64,000 nucleotides of DNA from Nitrospirota bacterium (lineage in GTDB: Bacteria > Nitrospirota > Nitrospiria > 2-01-FULL-66-17). The stretch lies in contig JBMOMC010000001.1 in the NCBI GenBank assembly GCA_049325335.1, forward strand, positions 224,001-288,000, given 5' to 3'. The notes beneath the pieces are model-generated. The model saw only the letters and a program-made list of their open reading frames with translations, was not told the DNA's origin and searched no databases. Position 1 is the first letter of the stretch, and every line of letters starts with the position of its first letter. Position numbers and translations under genes: made by a program. Positions 9,966-18,580 of this stretch are shown piece after piece.

Positions 9966-12151
9966 ACCTCCGCCTCGCCCGGCACGGCGCGGCGCACCAG
10001 CACTTCGCGCGGTTTGCCACCGCTCGCGGGGCCGATGATCTGGTCTTCTTCCATCATTTCGATCATGCGGGCCGCGCGCGGATAACCCACGCGCAGGCGG
10101 CGTTGGATAAACGAAGCCGACGCTTGCCCCGTGGTCGCGACCAAGTTGATGGCCTTTTCGTACAAATCATCGCGCTCGGGGTCTTCGCCGCCCTTAAAAC
10201 CCGATGCGTCGGCCTCCTCCATTGACCATTCGTATCCGGGCGGCGCCTGCGACTTGACGAACTCCACGGTCGAGGCGATCTCCGCGTCGGACACGAACGC
10301 GCCGTGGATGCGCGCGATCCGGCCGGTCCCCGGCATCAGATAGAGCATGTCGCCGCGTCCCAGCAGTTGTTCGGCGCCGTTCGCGTCGAGGATCGTACGC
10401 GAGTCGGTCTTGGACGAGACCTGAAACGAGATGCGCGCCGGAAAATTCGCCTTGATCACCCCGGTGAGCACGTCCACGGACGGCCGCTGCGTGGCCAGGA
10501 TGAGATGGATGCCCGCGGCGCGCGCCATCTGCGCCAGTCGCATGATGGAGTCTTCCACCTCGCGCGCGGCCACCAGCATCAAGTCCGCGAGTTCGTCGAT
10601 GATCACCACGATGTACGGGAGCCGTTCCGGCGGCGTCGTGACGGAGATCTCCACGCCCGATTCCGACGACGTCACCTGCGGCTCGGCCGCGGCGGGCGAC
10701 GACGCCACCTGCTTGTTGTAGCCGTCGATGTTGCGCACGCCGGCCTCGGCCAGCAATCGATACCGCCGTTGCATTTCAGCCACCACACGCTTGAGCGCGA
10801 CCGAGGCGTCCTTGGGTTGCGTGATCACGGGCGCGAGGAGGTGCGGAATCGCGTCGTACGCGGACAACTCCAACATTTTGGGATCGATCATCAACATGCG
10901 GATATCGCGCGGCCCCCCGGCCGAGAGCAGGCTCAGGATCATGGTGTTGAGCGCCACGCTTTTACCCGACCCCGTGGCCCCGGCCACCAACAGGTGCGGC
11001 ATGGCCGCCAGATCCGTGACCACGGGTTGGCCCACCGTGTCCTTGCCCAGGGCCAGCGGCAAGCGCCCCGTGGTGTCGAGGAACTCGGGCGCGGAGAGAA
11101 TTTCCTTGAGCGCCACGGTCTCGCGCACCTGGTTGGGGATCTCGATCCCAATGGCGGATTTGCCCGGCAGCGGGGTGACGATGCGCACGCTGGGCGCTTT
11201 CATGGCCAACGCCAAATCGTCCGCGAGGTTCAGTACCTTGCTGACCTTCACGCCCGGTTCCAGCTCCACCTCGTACATGGTGATGACCGGCCCGGGGTGC
11301 ACCTCGGTCACCGCGCCCTGCACGCCGAAGTCTTGTAGTTTCTTCTCCAGCAGCCGCGAACTCATCACCAAGTCGTCTTTGCCGGTCTTGTGGGGCGCGG
11401 CCGCGGCATCGGCCAGCAACGACAAGGGCGGCACCTGATAGTTCGCATGGCCGCGCATGAAGGACAGGCTCTCCTGGCGCGCGGGCGCGGGAGGCGGTTC
11501 CGGGGCCTCGGCAATGCGCGGAGACGGAGCGGCGTCAGCCTTACGCGCCGCGGGCGCCGCATGTTTACGGCGGGTGCGGCCGCGGCGCACCGCCAGCATG
11601 CCCGTGACGCGGCCGACCACCGCCGACACCCAGGAGCCGCCGCGGCCCGTCACGTCCCGCAGCGACACCGGGAGGAACACGATCACCGCGATGATGCCCG
11701 CCGCAATGAGCACGATCAACGTGCCCCACCACGCAAACGCGCCCAATAAGAGGCCGGAGACGACCGCGCCCAGGATGCCGCCGCCGTAGATGTCTCCCTC
11801 GGGCAAATAGAGTTCGGTCACGGTCGCGATCGACACGGCCGCCAGGACGCCGAGACCCGCGCCGCGCCAGGTCCAGAGCGCGCGTTTACGCGCCATGCCT
11901 TGCCACGCGGCCAACGCCGCAACCAAGGGCAGGAGGTACGCCGCAGCGCCCCCGAATTGGAATAGGGCTTCCGACAGGTTCGCGCCGACCCGACCGGCCA
12001 AGTTGTGCACCGGATCGCGCGACGTAGAAAAGAGCGACGGGTCCGCCGAGGTGTGCGACAGGAGGCTGACGGCCAAAAACACCGACGCCGTCGCCGCGGT
12101 CACACCCAGAATTTCTTGGACCCGTTCGCGAGACATTCCAGCGACAGGCAT
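9962..12151 (-). CDS. ftsK: DNA translocase FtsK
   Basis: N-terminal TM domain, PHLLVAGATGSGKS, IIDELADLM, ATQRPSVDV, gamma-domain QRRLRVGYPRAARMIE. Start approximate. Confidence 0.96.
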   Translation of the reverse strand: MPVAGMSRERVQEILGVTAATASVFLAVSLLSHTSADPSLFSTSRDPVHNLAGRVGANLSEALFQFGGAAAYLLPLVAALAAWQGMARKRALWTWRGAGLGVLAAVSIATVTELYLPEGDIYGGGILGAVVSGLLLGAFAWWGTLIVLIAAGIIAVIVFLPVSLRDVTGRGGSWVSAVVGRVTGMLAVRRGRTRRKHAAPAARKADAAPSPRIAEAPEPPPAPARQESLSFMRGHANYQVPPLSLLADAAAAPHKTGKDDLVMSSRLLEKKLQDFGVQGAVTEVHPGPVITMYEVELEPGVKVSKVLNLADDLALAMKAPSVRIVTPLPGKSAIGIEIPNQVRETVALKEILSAPEFLDTTGRLPLALGKDTVGQPVVTDLAAMPHLLVAGATGSGKSVALNTMILSLLSAGGPRDIRMLMIDPKMLELSAYDAIPHLLAPVITQPKDASVALKRVVAEMQRRYRLLAEAGVRNIDGYNKQVASSPAAAEPQVTSSESGVEISVTTPPERLPYIVVIIDELADLMLVAAREVEDSIMRLAQMARAAGIHLILATQRPSVDVLTGVIKANFPARISFQVSSKTDSRTILDANGAEQLLGRGDMLYLMPGTGRIARIHGAFVSDAEIASTVEFVKSQAPPGYEWSMEEADASGFKGGEDPERDDLYEKAINLVATTGQASASFIQRRLRVGYPRAARMIEMMEEDQIIGPASGGKPREVLVRRAVPGEAEV

Positions 12152-12212
12152 CGGCGCAGTATAACAAAGGCCTTCCGCGGGTTTCAACGAACGCGCACCG
12201 CCGCAATTTTGC

Positions 12213-12242
12213 TTGACTTCACCCGCCGCCCTTCCCTATATT
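12213..12242 (+). promoter_or_regulatory. Putative sigma70 promoter of the cytochrome operon
   Basis: TTGACT-N18-TATATT in the AT-rich divergent intergenic region. Confidence 0.45.
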
Positions 12243-12302
12243 TGGGCTTCTTTTAACCGGCGGATTTCAATTTGGAATTTCGCCCGACGGGTGCGATGCA
12301 AT

Positions 12303-12317
12303 TGGGAATTTTTCCCA
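12303..12317. promoter_or_regulatory. Palindromic putative operator
   Basis: TGGGAA-TTT-TTCCCA perfect inverted repeat in the leader of the cytochrome operon. Confidence 0.3.
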
Positions 12318-12420
12318 CTCCATGCGGTCTTAACCGGTAGCGTCTGAGGCGTGCCCGTCCTCAGGACCGGCAAGGTGCGTCACGGTCATGGGGTCGATCG
12401 CCCGGCGATTGACAGACAAC

Positions 12421-13218
12421 ATGAATGGCCCGCGTCGAATCGTCGTTCTCGCGGTCGTGGCGATCGCCGCCATGCCCTTGGCGATCGCGTTCGCCAACTC
12501 GATTAAAGGCTCCCGGCACGACTTGTCGGGACTGAATATGCGCGGGTACGGCACGGAGACCGGTCCCATGACCGGCGCCACGTTCAACGACTACCAAGAA
12601 GTGTGCGTGTATTGCCACACGCCGCACAACGCGGACGGCACCGCGCCCTTGTGGAACCGCGAGCTGCCGGCCCAGAGCGGGTACCTCATGTACTCGTCGC
12701 CCAATTTTGATTCCAAAGTCGATGCGCCGGACGGCATCTCCCTGGCGTGCCTGTCCTGTCACGACGGGACGGTGGCGGTGGACGCGGTGCGCAACAAACC
12801 CAAGTACCACGCCATCGTGGACGCGGGCACGCACTACAAGATGGACTTAGACGGCTCGCCGGGCAGCGACAGTTGCGGTAAGTGCCACAACCGACAAGAA
12901 GGCGCGTACGGCGGCATCGGCCGGGCGCACGACGCGTCGATTCGGTACCTGACCCGCGATCTGCGCGACGATCACCCGTTTTCGATCCCGTTCCCGTCGA
13001 TGCAACTCGACCCCGGATTTAATCAGCCCACCACGCTGAAGCCGGACGGGGGCCGCATGTTTCCCAACGGTATCCAAACCTTCGAAGGCGACAAGGTGCA
13101 ATGCGCGTCCTGCCACGACCCGCACGATCCGGATGAACGCAACGAACAGGGCCGTGACCCGTTTTTACGAACCTCGAACCGCGAAAGCGCGCTGTGTTTA
13201 ACGTGCCACGCGAAGTGA
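12421..13218 (+). CDS. Secreted pentaheme c-type cytochrome, OmcE-like scaffold
   Basis: Signal peptide; RHDLS, CVYCHTPH, LWNR, CLSCHDG, extra CGKCH, DDHP, CASCHDPH, FLR, CLTCH (5 CxxCH). Alternative start 12388. Confidence 0.88.
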   Translation: MNGPRRIVVLAVVAIAAMPLAIAFANSIKGSRHDLSGLNMRGYGTETGPMTGATFNDYQEVCVYCHTPHNADGTAPLWNRELPAQSGYLMYSSPNFDSKVDAPDGISLACLSCHDGTVAVDAVRNKPKYHAIVDAGTHYKMDLDGSPGSDSCGKCHNRQEGAYGGIGRAHDASIRYLTRDLRDDHPFSIPFPSMQLDPGFNQPTTLKPDGGRMFPNGIQTFEGDKVQCASCHDPHDPDERNEQGRDPFLRTSNRESALCLTCHAK

Positions 13219-14441
13219 ACGAAATGAAGATGACGAACCGGAGAGCCGGGGAACCGGAGAACCGGGGAAAGGACCGAGGGAGTGATCCGTCCGCTTTTTC
13301 ACCCCACCGCCGGTTCACCCCACCTCCCCACCGTCTCTTCGCCCACTCCCCCACTCCCCGGCTCCCCGGCTCGTCCCTTCTCGCTCTTTCGCTCCTGCTC
13401 CTCCTAACCGCCTGCGCCTCCACGCCACGGCCTGAGCCGGATTTAGTCTGGCCGTTGCCGCCGGAGACGCCGCGTATCAAGTTCGTGAAGAGCCTCTCGT
13501 CGTCCGCGGATGTCCGGCCCACGTCGTTCTCGCAACGGCTCAAATCCTCGATTATCGGGGAAGCGCAGACCGCCGCGCTGGGCAAGCCGTACGCGGTGCA
13601 CGCGGACCGCAAGGGTCGCGTGTATGTGGCGGACTCGGCATGGCGCAAGGTCTTGGTGTTCGATGAAACCGGCCAGGACTTCTTCATCCTGGGCACCGAC
13701 GGACCCGGCCTGTTGATCAATCCCCGCGGCGTCACCACCGACGCGGACGGCCGCGTGTATGTGACCGACGTGTCGCAACACCGCGTGGTGGTGTACGACG
13801 AGAAAGGCGAATTTGTACTGGCGATGGGTCTGCGCGGCCAACTGGACAAACCCGTGGGCGTGGCCGTGAACGACGCGCTCAAACGCGTGTACGTGGTCAG
13901 CACGGGCAGCACCGCCACCCAGAGCCATAAGGTCACGGTGTTCGACGCGACCAACGGCAATGTGCTCTTTGAATTCGGCGGCCGCGGCGTCGAAGACGGC
14001 AAGCTCAACTTCCCGACCAACGTGGTCACCGACGCCGAGGGCAAGGTCTACGTCATGGACTCGTTCAACTTCCGCGTGCAGATCTTCGACGCGGACGGCA
14101 AGTTCCTCTCCAAGTTCGGCGGCATCGGCACCGGGTTCGGCCAATTCTCCAAACCCAAGGGCATCGGCGTGGACAGCGAAGGCCACATCTACGTCAGCGA
14201 CGCGGCCTTCAACAACGTCCAGATTTTTGACCGGGACGGCCGATTGTTGTTGTTCTTCGGCGAAATGGGCACCCGACGCGGGCAGTTCTGGTTGCCAGCG
14301 GGACTGGCCGTGGATGGACACAATCGCATCTATGTGGCGGACCAATACAACAAGCGGATCAACATTTATCAATATCTATCCGAAGCCGACCGCACGGGCA
14401 GCGACCGGCCGCGGATGGACCAACCGTCGGTAACCAATTAG
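13215..14441 (+). CDS. NHL-repeat (6-bladed beta-propeller) lipoprotein 1
   Basis: LTAC lipobox; VWPLPPETPRIKFV; repeated P.GV..D..G.VYV.D..N.RVQIFD blades; GTGA overlap with the cytochrome stop. Confidence 0.9.
   Translation: MNEMKMTNRRAGEPENRGKDRGSDPSAFSPHRRFTPPPHRLFAHSPTPRLPGSSLLALSLLLLLTACASTPRPEPDLVWPLPPETPRIKFVKSLSSSADVRPTSFSQRLKSSIIGEAQTAALGKPYAVHADRKGRVYVADSAWRKVLVFDETGQDFFILGTDGPGLLINPRGVTTDADGRVYVTDVSQHRVVVYDEKGEFVLAMGLRGQLDKPVGVAVNDALKRVYVVSTGSTATQSHKVTVFDATNGNVLFEFGGRGVEDGKLNFPTNVVTDAEGKVYVMDSFNFRVQIFDADGKFLSKFGGIGTGFGQFSKPKGIGVDSEGHIYVSDAAFNNVQIFDRDGRLLLFFGEMGTRRGQFWLPAGLAVDGHNRIYVADQYNKRINIYQYLSEADRTGSDRPRMDQPSVTN
13236..13371. repeat. Inverted octamer array A
   Basis: AACCGGAG AGCCGGGG AACCGGAG AACCGGGG, answered by TCCCCCAC TCCCCGGC TCCCCGGC. 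Confidence 0.7.
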
Positions 14442-14479
14442 GCGAGTCCGACGGTTTCACCGACCAGAAGGAGACGCGT

Positions 14480-15523
14480 ATGAAGGCAGTTCGGATCGGA
14501 GGATTCATCGCACTGGCCGCGGTCACGACCGTGGCCGTATGGGCGGCGAGCACCGCGTGGGCGGTCCATTGCGGTACGGGCAGCACGCCGAGTTGTACGG
14601 AAAACGTCCGCGAAACCAAACACAACCTTGCGGCCAACACCGACATCTTATCCACCGGTACCAGCGAGGTCTGCGTGTTCTGCCATACCCCGCACGGCGG
14701 GCGGACCGACGTGGCCGGCGGCGGCGCCCCGTTGTGGAACCGCGCATTGCCGCCTTCGGCAACGAGCGGGACCGGCGCGTTTACGGTCTATACCTCACCC
14801 AATTTCGATAATGACCTCGGCTCCGCATCCGCGGGCCCCAAGGGCGTGTCCTTGGCGTGTTTGTCCTGCCACGACGGGACCATCGCATTGGACGCCCTGA
14901 TCAATGCTCCGGGGTCCGGCGGCTTTGCCCCAGGTAACCGCAACCCCCTCAGCGGGAACTCCCCCGGAACCAGCTTAACCAGCCTGTCGTTTACCGGCCC
15001 GGGCGTGGACGGCACCGAGTCTCTTGGCGAAGGAGACCGTCCGGCTTCCCCATCCGGAGGCGGGTTTAACGGCGGGCTCAATGACTTTGTGGGCGGCGCC
15101 GGGATGGAACCGTTCCCGAACTTGAGCCGGAACTTGACCGACGATCATCCGATCTCGGTTCGTATGCCCAGCGCGGACCCGCAGTTTAACGACGCCCTGG
15201 CCGGCTCCACCACCTTGTCTGCGGGCGGCAACGTGCGATACGTCTCCCGAACCGGGGCTCAGATGCCGCCGGATAGCCGTGACCGCGTCCGGCTCTATAA
15301 CAGCGGGGGCACCAGCAGCGGGACCACTGTGGATTGGGTGGAGTGCGCCTCGTGCCACAACCCCCACACGCCCCGGACCACCTTCCTACGTCTTCCCAGC
15401 ACCCCAAGTGACGTCGGGGCTCCGGCGGACGGCAACGTCACGGTCGCGGCCGGCGCCACGCGCAACTTGAACCACGAACCGAATCAAGGAAGCTTGATCT
15501 GCCTCACGTGCCACCAGAAATAA
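14480..15523 (+). CDS. Secreted tetraheme c-type cytochrome, OmcE-like (candidate filament subunit)
   Basis: AGGAGA RBS; signal peptide ending AWA; KHNL, CVFCHTPH, LWNR, SLACLSCHDG, DDHPI, ECASCHNPH, FLR, CLTCH (4 CxxCH). Confidence 0.88.
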   Translation: MKAVRIGGFIALAAVTTVAVWAASTAWAVHCGTGSTPSCTENVRETKHNLAANTDILSTGTSEVCVFCHTPHGGRTDVAGGGAPLWNRALPPSATSGTGAFTVYTSPNFDNDLGSASAGPKGVSLACLSCHDGTIALDALINAPGSGGFAPGNRNPLSGNSPGTSLTSLSFTGPGVDGTESLGEGDRPASPSGGGFNGGLNDFVGGAGMEPFPNLSRNLTDDHPISVRMPSADPQFNDALAGSTTLSAGGNVRYVSRTGAQMPPDSRDRVRLYNSGGTSSGTTVDWVECASCHNPHTPRTTFLRLPSTPSDVGAPADGNVTVAAGATRNLNHEPNQGSLICLTCHQK

Positions 15524-15528
15524 CGGAG

Positions 15529-15608
15529 CGGCCGGGGTCGGCAACGGCCCCGGCCGGTTTCGCGGTCCTTGTTCAGAGTCCATTCGCCCAGGTTTCGGCC
15601 TGGGCGAA
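15529..15608 (+). terminator. Two tandem GC-rich stem-loops after the tetraheme cytochrome
   Basis: CGGCCGGGGTCG-GCAA-CGGCCCCGGCCG and TTCGCCCAGGT-TTCG-GCCTGGGCGAA. Confidence 0.6.
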
Positions 15609-15657
15609 ACCGCTTCTGGCGGGCCCGTCCGCGCCATGTGGCGACGCACCGCGCACC

Positions 15658-16653
15658 GTGCGTCGGGCCGGTTCGCGACCCGCCGTCACGAACCGCGTGT
15701 TGGTCCCGACCGTGGTGCTGGCAACCGCGTGTTTTGCCGCCGCGGGTCTTGCGGCTGAGCCCCTTGCCGCCACGGTGAACGGCGTGGCCATCACGCTCGC
15801 ACAGGTGGACCGCGCGGTGGACGAGAAGGTGCCGCGTATGGCCGGGCACGGCACGTTGTCTGATGCGCGGCGCCAGGCGCTGCGGGCCGAGGCCCTGGAG
15901 GACTTGATCCAGGAAGAACTCATGGTCCAGGAAGCCAAGCGGCAAAAAATTACGATCGCCCCGGCCGCGGTGGATGAAGAAACCGCCAAGATTAAACGCC
16001 GGTTCACGGATTCCGCGCAGTACACCCGCGCCTTATCGCAATCCGGCCTGTCGGAATCCGATATCCGCGCCGGGGTGGAACGCTTTCTGCTGGTCAAACG
16101 GGTGACGGACAAGGCCGTGACGGATAAGGTCGCCGTCACCGACGCCGCGCTGAAAGCCTACTACGACGCGGACCCGTCGCGGTTCGTGCTACCGGAACAG
16201 GTCCGATACCGTCAGCTCTTGATCGCGGTTGATCCCGGCGGGAGCTCGTCGCAGTGGGAGGCGGCCAAACAACGCGCCGCGAGCCTGGCCAAGGAGGCTC
16301 GCGGGAAAAAATCATTCGCCGACCTGGCCAAGGCCCAGTCGGACGATGCCGCCACCCGCGAATCCGGCGGCGACATGGGCTGGGTCCATCGCGGCCGTTT
16401 GGAGCATGACCAAGACGCGGTAATTTTCGCCTTGCCCGTGGGCGGCGTGAGCGAGCCGGTCCGCACCCTGTACGGGTACGCGGTGTATCGCGTGGACGAG
16501 AAACAGGCGGCCAAAGCCTTGGCGTGGGAAGAGGTCAACAAACCGAGACTGGCCGAGGAACTACGTCTGGCGGAAACCACCCGCGTGCGCGCGGAGTGGC
16601 TCGCCGACCTTCGCCGCCGCGCCAAGGTGGAGGTGTCGTCCACCGCCCCATGA
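15658..16653 (+). CDS. SurA/PrsA-like parvulin-domain chaperone
   Basis: AATVNGVAIT SurA-N region; SFADLAKAQSDD...GGDMGW...VSEPVRT.YGY parvulin motifs. Start uncertain. Confidence 0.85.
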   Translation: MRRAGSRPAVTNRVLVPTVVLATACFAAAGLAAEPLAATVNGVAITLAQVDRAVDEKVPRMAGHGTLSDARRQALRAEALEDLIQEELMVQEAKRQKITIAPAAVDEETAKIKRRFTDSAQYTRALSQSGLSESDIRAGVERFLLVKRVTDKAVTDKVAVTDAALKAYYDADPSRFVLPEQVRYRQLLIAVDPGGSSSQWEAAKQRAASLAKEARGKKSFADLAKAQSDDAATRESGGDMGWVHRGRLEHDQDAVIFALPVGGVSEPVRTLYGYAVYRVDEKQAAKALAWEEVNKPRLAEELRLAETTRVRAEWLADLRRRAKVEVSSTAP

Positions 16654-18536
16654 GCGCGCGCCGCCCCATCCCGGCGCGCCGGATGAACCCTCGGCGCGCG
16701 GAGTCGCTCCACACCCGCGGCCGTGCCGCGCGGTTCGGGCCGGGCGCGTTCGCCGTAATCAGCCTCATCCTGTTCGCGGCAACACCCGCGCCCGCTATTG
16801 AGTGGCACGGGGTGGCGGAATTAACGACCCGGTGGTCGCGTTGGGACCATCGCGTGTTGAGCACGGACCTGACGCCCGCACGCACCAGCGGTCTCCAACA
16901 ACGGTATCAACTCGGCAGCTCGGGCAGCCTGTATCACCCCAACGTGGGAAGTTATATCGCCAACATTTCACTGGTTGACGACGTCGCGCGTGTCAACGAC
17001 GAAAAATCGCAGGACCTGGTCGTGAAGGATTACTACCTCGGGTTCAACTTCCTACCGCGTCAGACGCCGATTTCGCTCTACGCCCAACGCACCACCCAGG
17101 ACAACGAGGCGTTTCGGCCCGACACCTACGGGCCGGTCTCCGTCAACACCACGTACAACCTGACCTGGGACTTCCCGCTCAAGCGCCTGCCCCGTCTGCG
17201 GCTGAACCTGTCGCAGACCGACGTGCAAACCGACTCGCGCCTGGCGTCGTTGAGCAATGCAACGGGCCAAACCACCCGCGCCGCGGCGTTGGACACGGAC
17301 GGACAAGCCGGGAACACGCGTTTCTTTGCGCGGTATCAGCTCTCGGAACTCACCGGCGAAGTCGCGGACAACACCAGCCACACCATCACGGCCTCGACCG
17401 ACACCAAGGTGACGCCGGCCTTGTCCGCAGCCACCCGCGTGAACTACTCGTCCAACGTCACGACCATCGGCTCGGTCACGCCGGGCACGCTGCTACAACG
17501 CAGCGCGGGCGCCAGCGTGTTTTATCGGCCCAGCCTGCAAACGTCCTTGAGCGGAACCTACGACTACTACAAAGACCCGTTCGTCCGGCACCTGGCTCAA
17601 GGCTCCGCCGCTTTGCGGCCGCTTCAGGAGTTGGACATTTCCGCGGGGTACCGCCTGGCGCGTTTTGACCTGCGCGATTCTCTCACCGACTCGCACTACG
17701 CGTTCGCGAGCGCCAACTACCGCCCGTTCCTGGGGTTGTCGACGAACGCCACCGCCTCCATCGGCCTGACCGAGGTCAGCGGCGCCAGCGACGTACGCAG
17801 CCTGTATCAGAGTTACGGGTACGGGGCAAACTACTTAAAGACCCTCACACTGGTCACCTATCGCCTCGGGTACCAAGGCAACTACAGCGAGAACAAGCTG
17901 AACACCTCCGCCGGCACCTCGCGCGATTTGACCAATACCTTCTCCGCGGGCCTCAGCAACACGCAAACGCGCGTGGTCGCGCTCTCCGGAGACTACGCCT
18001 TGTCCCTCATTCGGCATCGCACCGCCGGGACCGACGCCTCCGATCAAGTCGACCATCGCGCGCAGGTGACGGCCACCAGCAGCGCGCCGCAGAATCTGTT
18101 TCTCACCGGAGACTTCATGGTCGTTTCCGCCCTGGCCTCCTACGCAGTCACTCAGTACCGGACGTTTTCCAACCACGTCCTGTTGCTAAGCGCCACCGAC
18201 ACGTACGAGACCGGCCGCGGCGTGGCCGCCACGGTCGGGTATACCTATGAACAACAGTCGCAACTGGATTACGACAACAAATCCACCAGCTTTATCCAGG
18301 TGCGCTGGTTGTCGTATATTGTGCGGAACGGATCGCTGGACCTGAACGCCAAGGAATCATGGGAACGCTACGCGGGCAACCAACAAGACGTCACCCGCAC
18401 CGAAGGCGGCGCCTTGTTCTCGTACTATATCGGGAAGCTGTCGCTGAGCGCGGACTACCGGCTCACGTTCGAGACGCGCACCGCGGATCGGCAACTCAAT
18501 CAGACCGCGTTTGCCAAGGCCTCGCGCTCGTTTTGA
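16650..18536 (+). CDS. Large outer-membrane beta-barrel / porin-like protein
   Basis: Signal peptide ending APA; many alternating Y/S/T/G-rich amphipathic strands; C-terminal Phe (AKASRSF). Confidence 0.75.
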   Translation: MSARRPIPARRMNPRRAESLHTRGRAARFGPGAFAVISLILFAATPAPAIEWHGVAELTTRWSRWDHRVLSTDLTPARTSGLQQRYQLGSSGSLYHPNVGSYIANISLVDDVARVNDEKSQDLVVKDYYLGFNFLPRQTPISLYAQRTTQDNEAFRPDTYGPVSVNTTYNLTWDFPLKRLPRLRLNLSQTDVQTDSRLASLSNATGQTTRAAALDTDGQAGNTRFFARYQLSELTGEVADNTSHTITASTDTKVTPALSAATRVNYSSNVTTIGSVTPGTLLQRSAGASVFYRPSLQTSLSGTYDYYKDPFVRHLAQGSAALRPLQELDISAGYRLARFDLRDSLTDSHYAFASANYRPFLGLSTNATASIGLTEVSGASDVRSLYQSYGYGANYLKTLTLVTYRLGYQGNYSENKLNTSAGTSRDLTNTFSAGLSNTQTRVVALSGDYALSLIRHRTAGTDASDQVDHRAQVTATSSAPQNLFLTGDFMVVSALASYAVTQYRTFSNHVLLLSATDTYETGRGVAATVGYTYEQQSQLDYDNKSTSFIQVRWLSYIVRNGSLDLNAKESWERYAGNQQDVTRTEGGALFSYYIGKLSLSADYRLTFETRTADRQLNQTAFAKASRSF

Positions 18537-18580
18537 GGTGATGCAATGTGGAATCGCGTTGCGGTAGACTGGGAACCCCG

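Noticed and set aside
15529..15640. c-di-GMP / cGAMP (GEMM) riboswitch near the cytochrome genes
   Set aside because: GGGCGAAACC resembles part of the motif, but the GNRA/receptor and GCAAAGC elements are missing. Two simple hairpins explain the region; none was evident in the 12250-12420 leader either.
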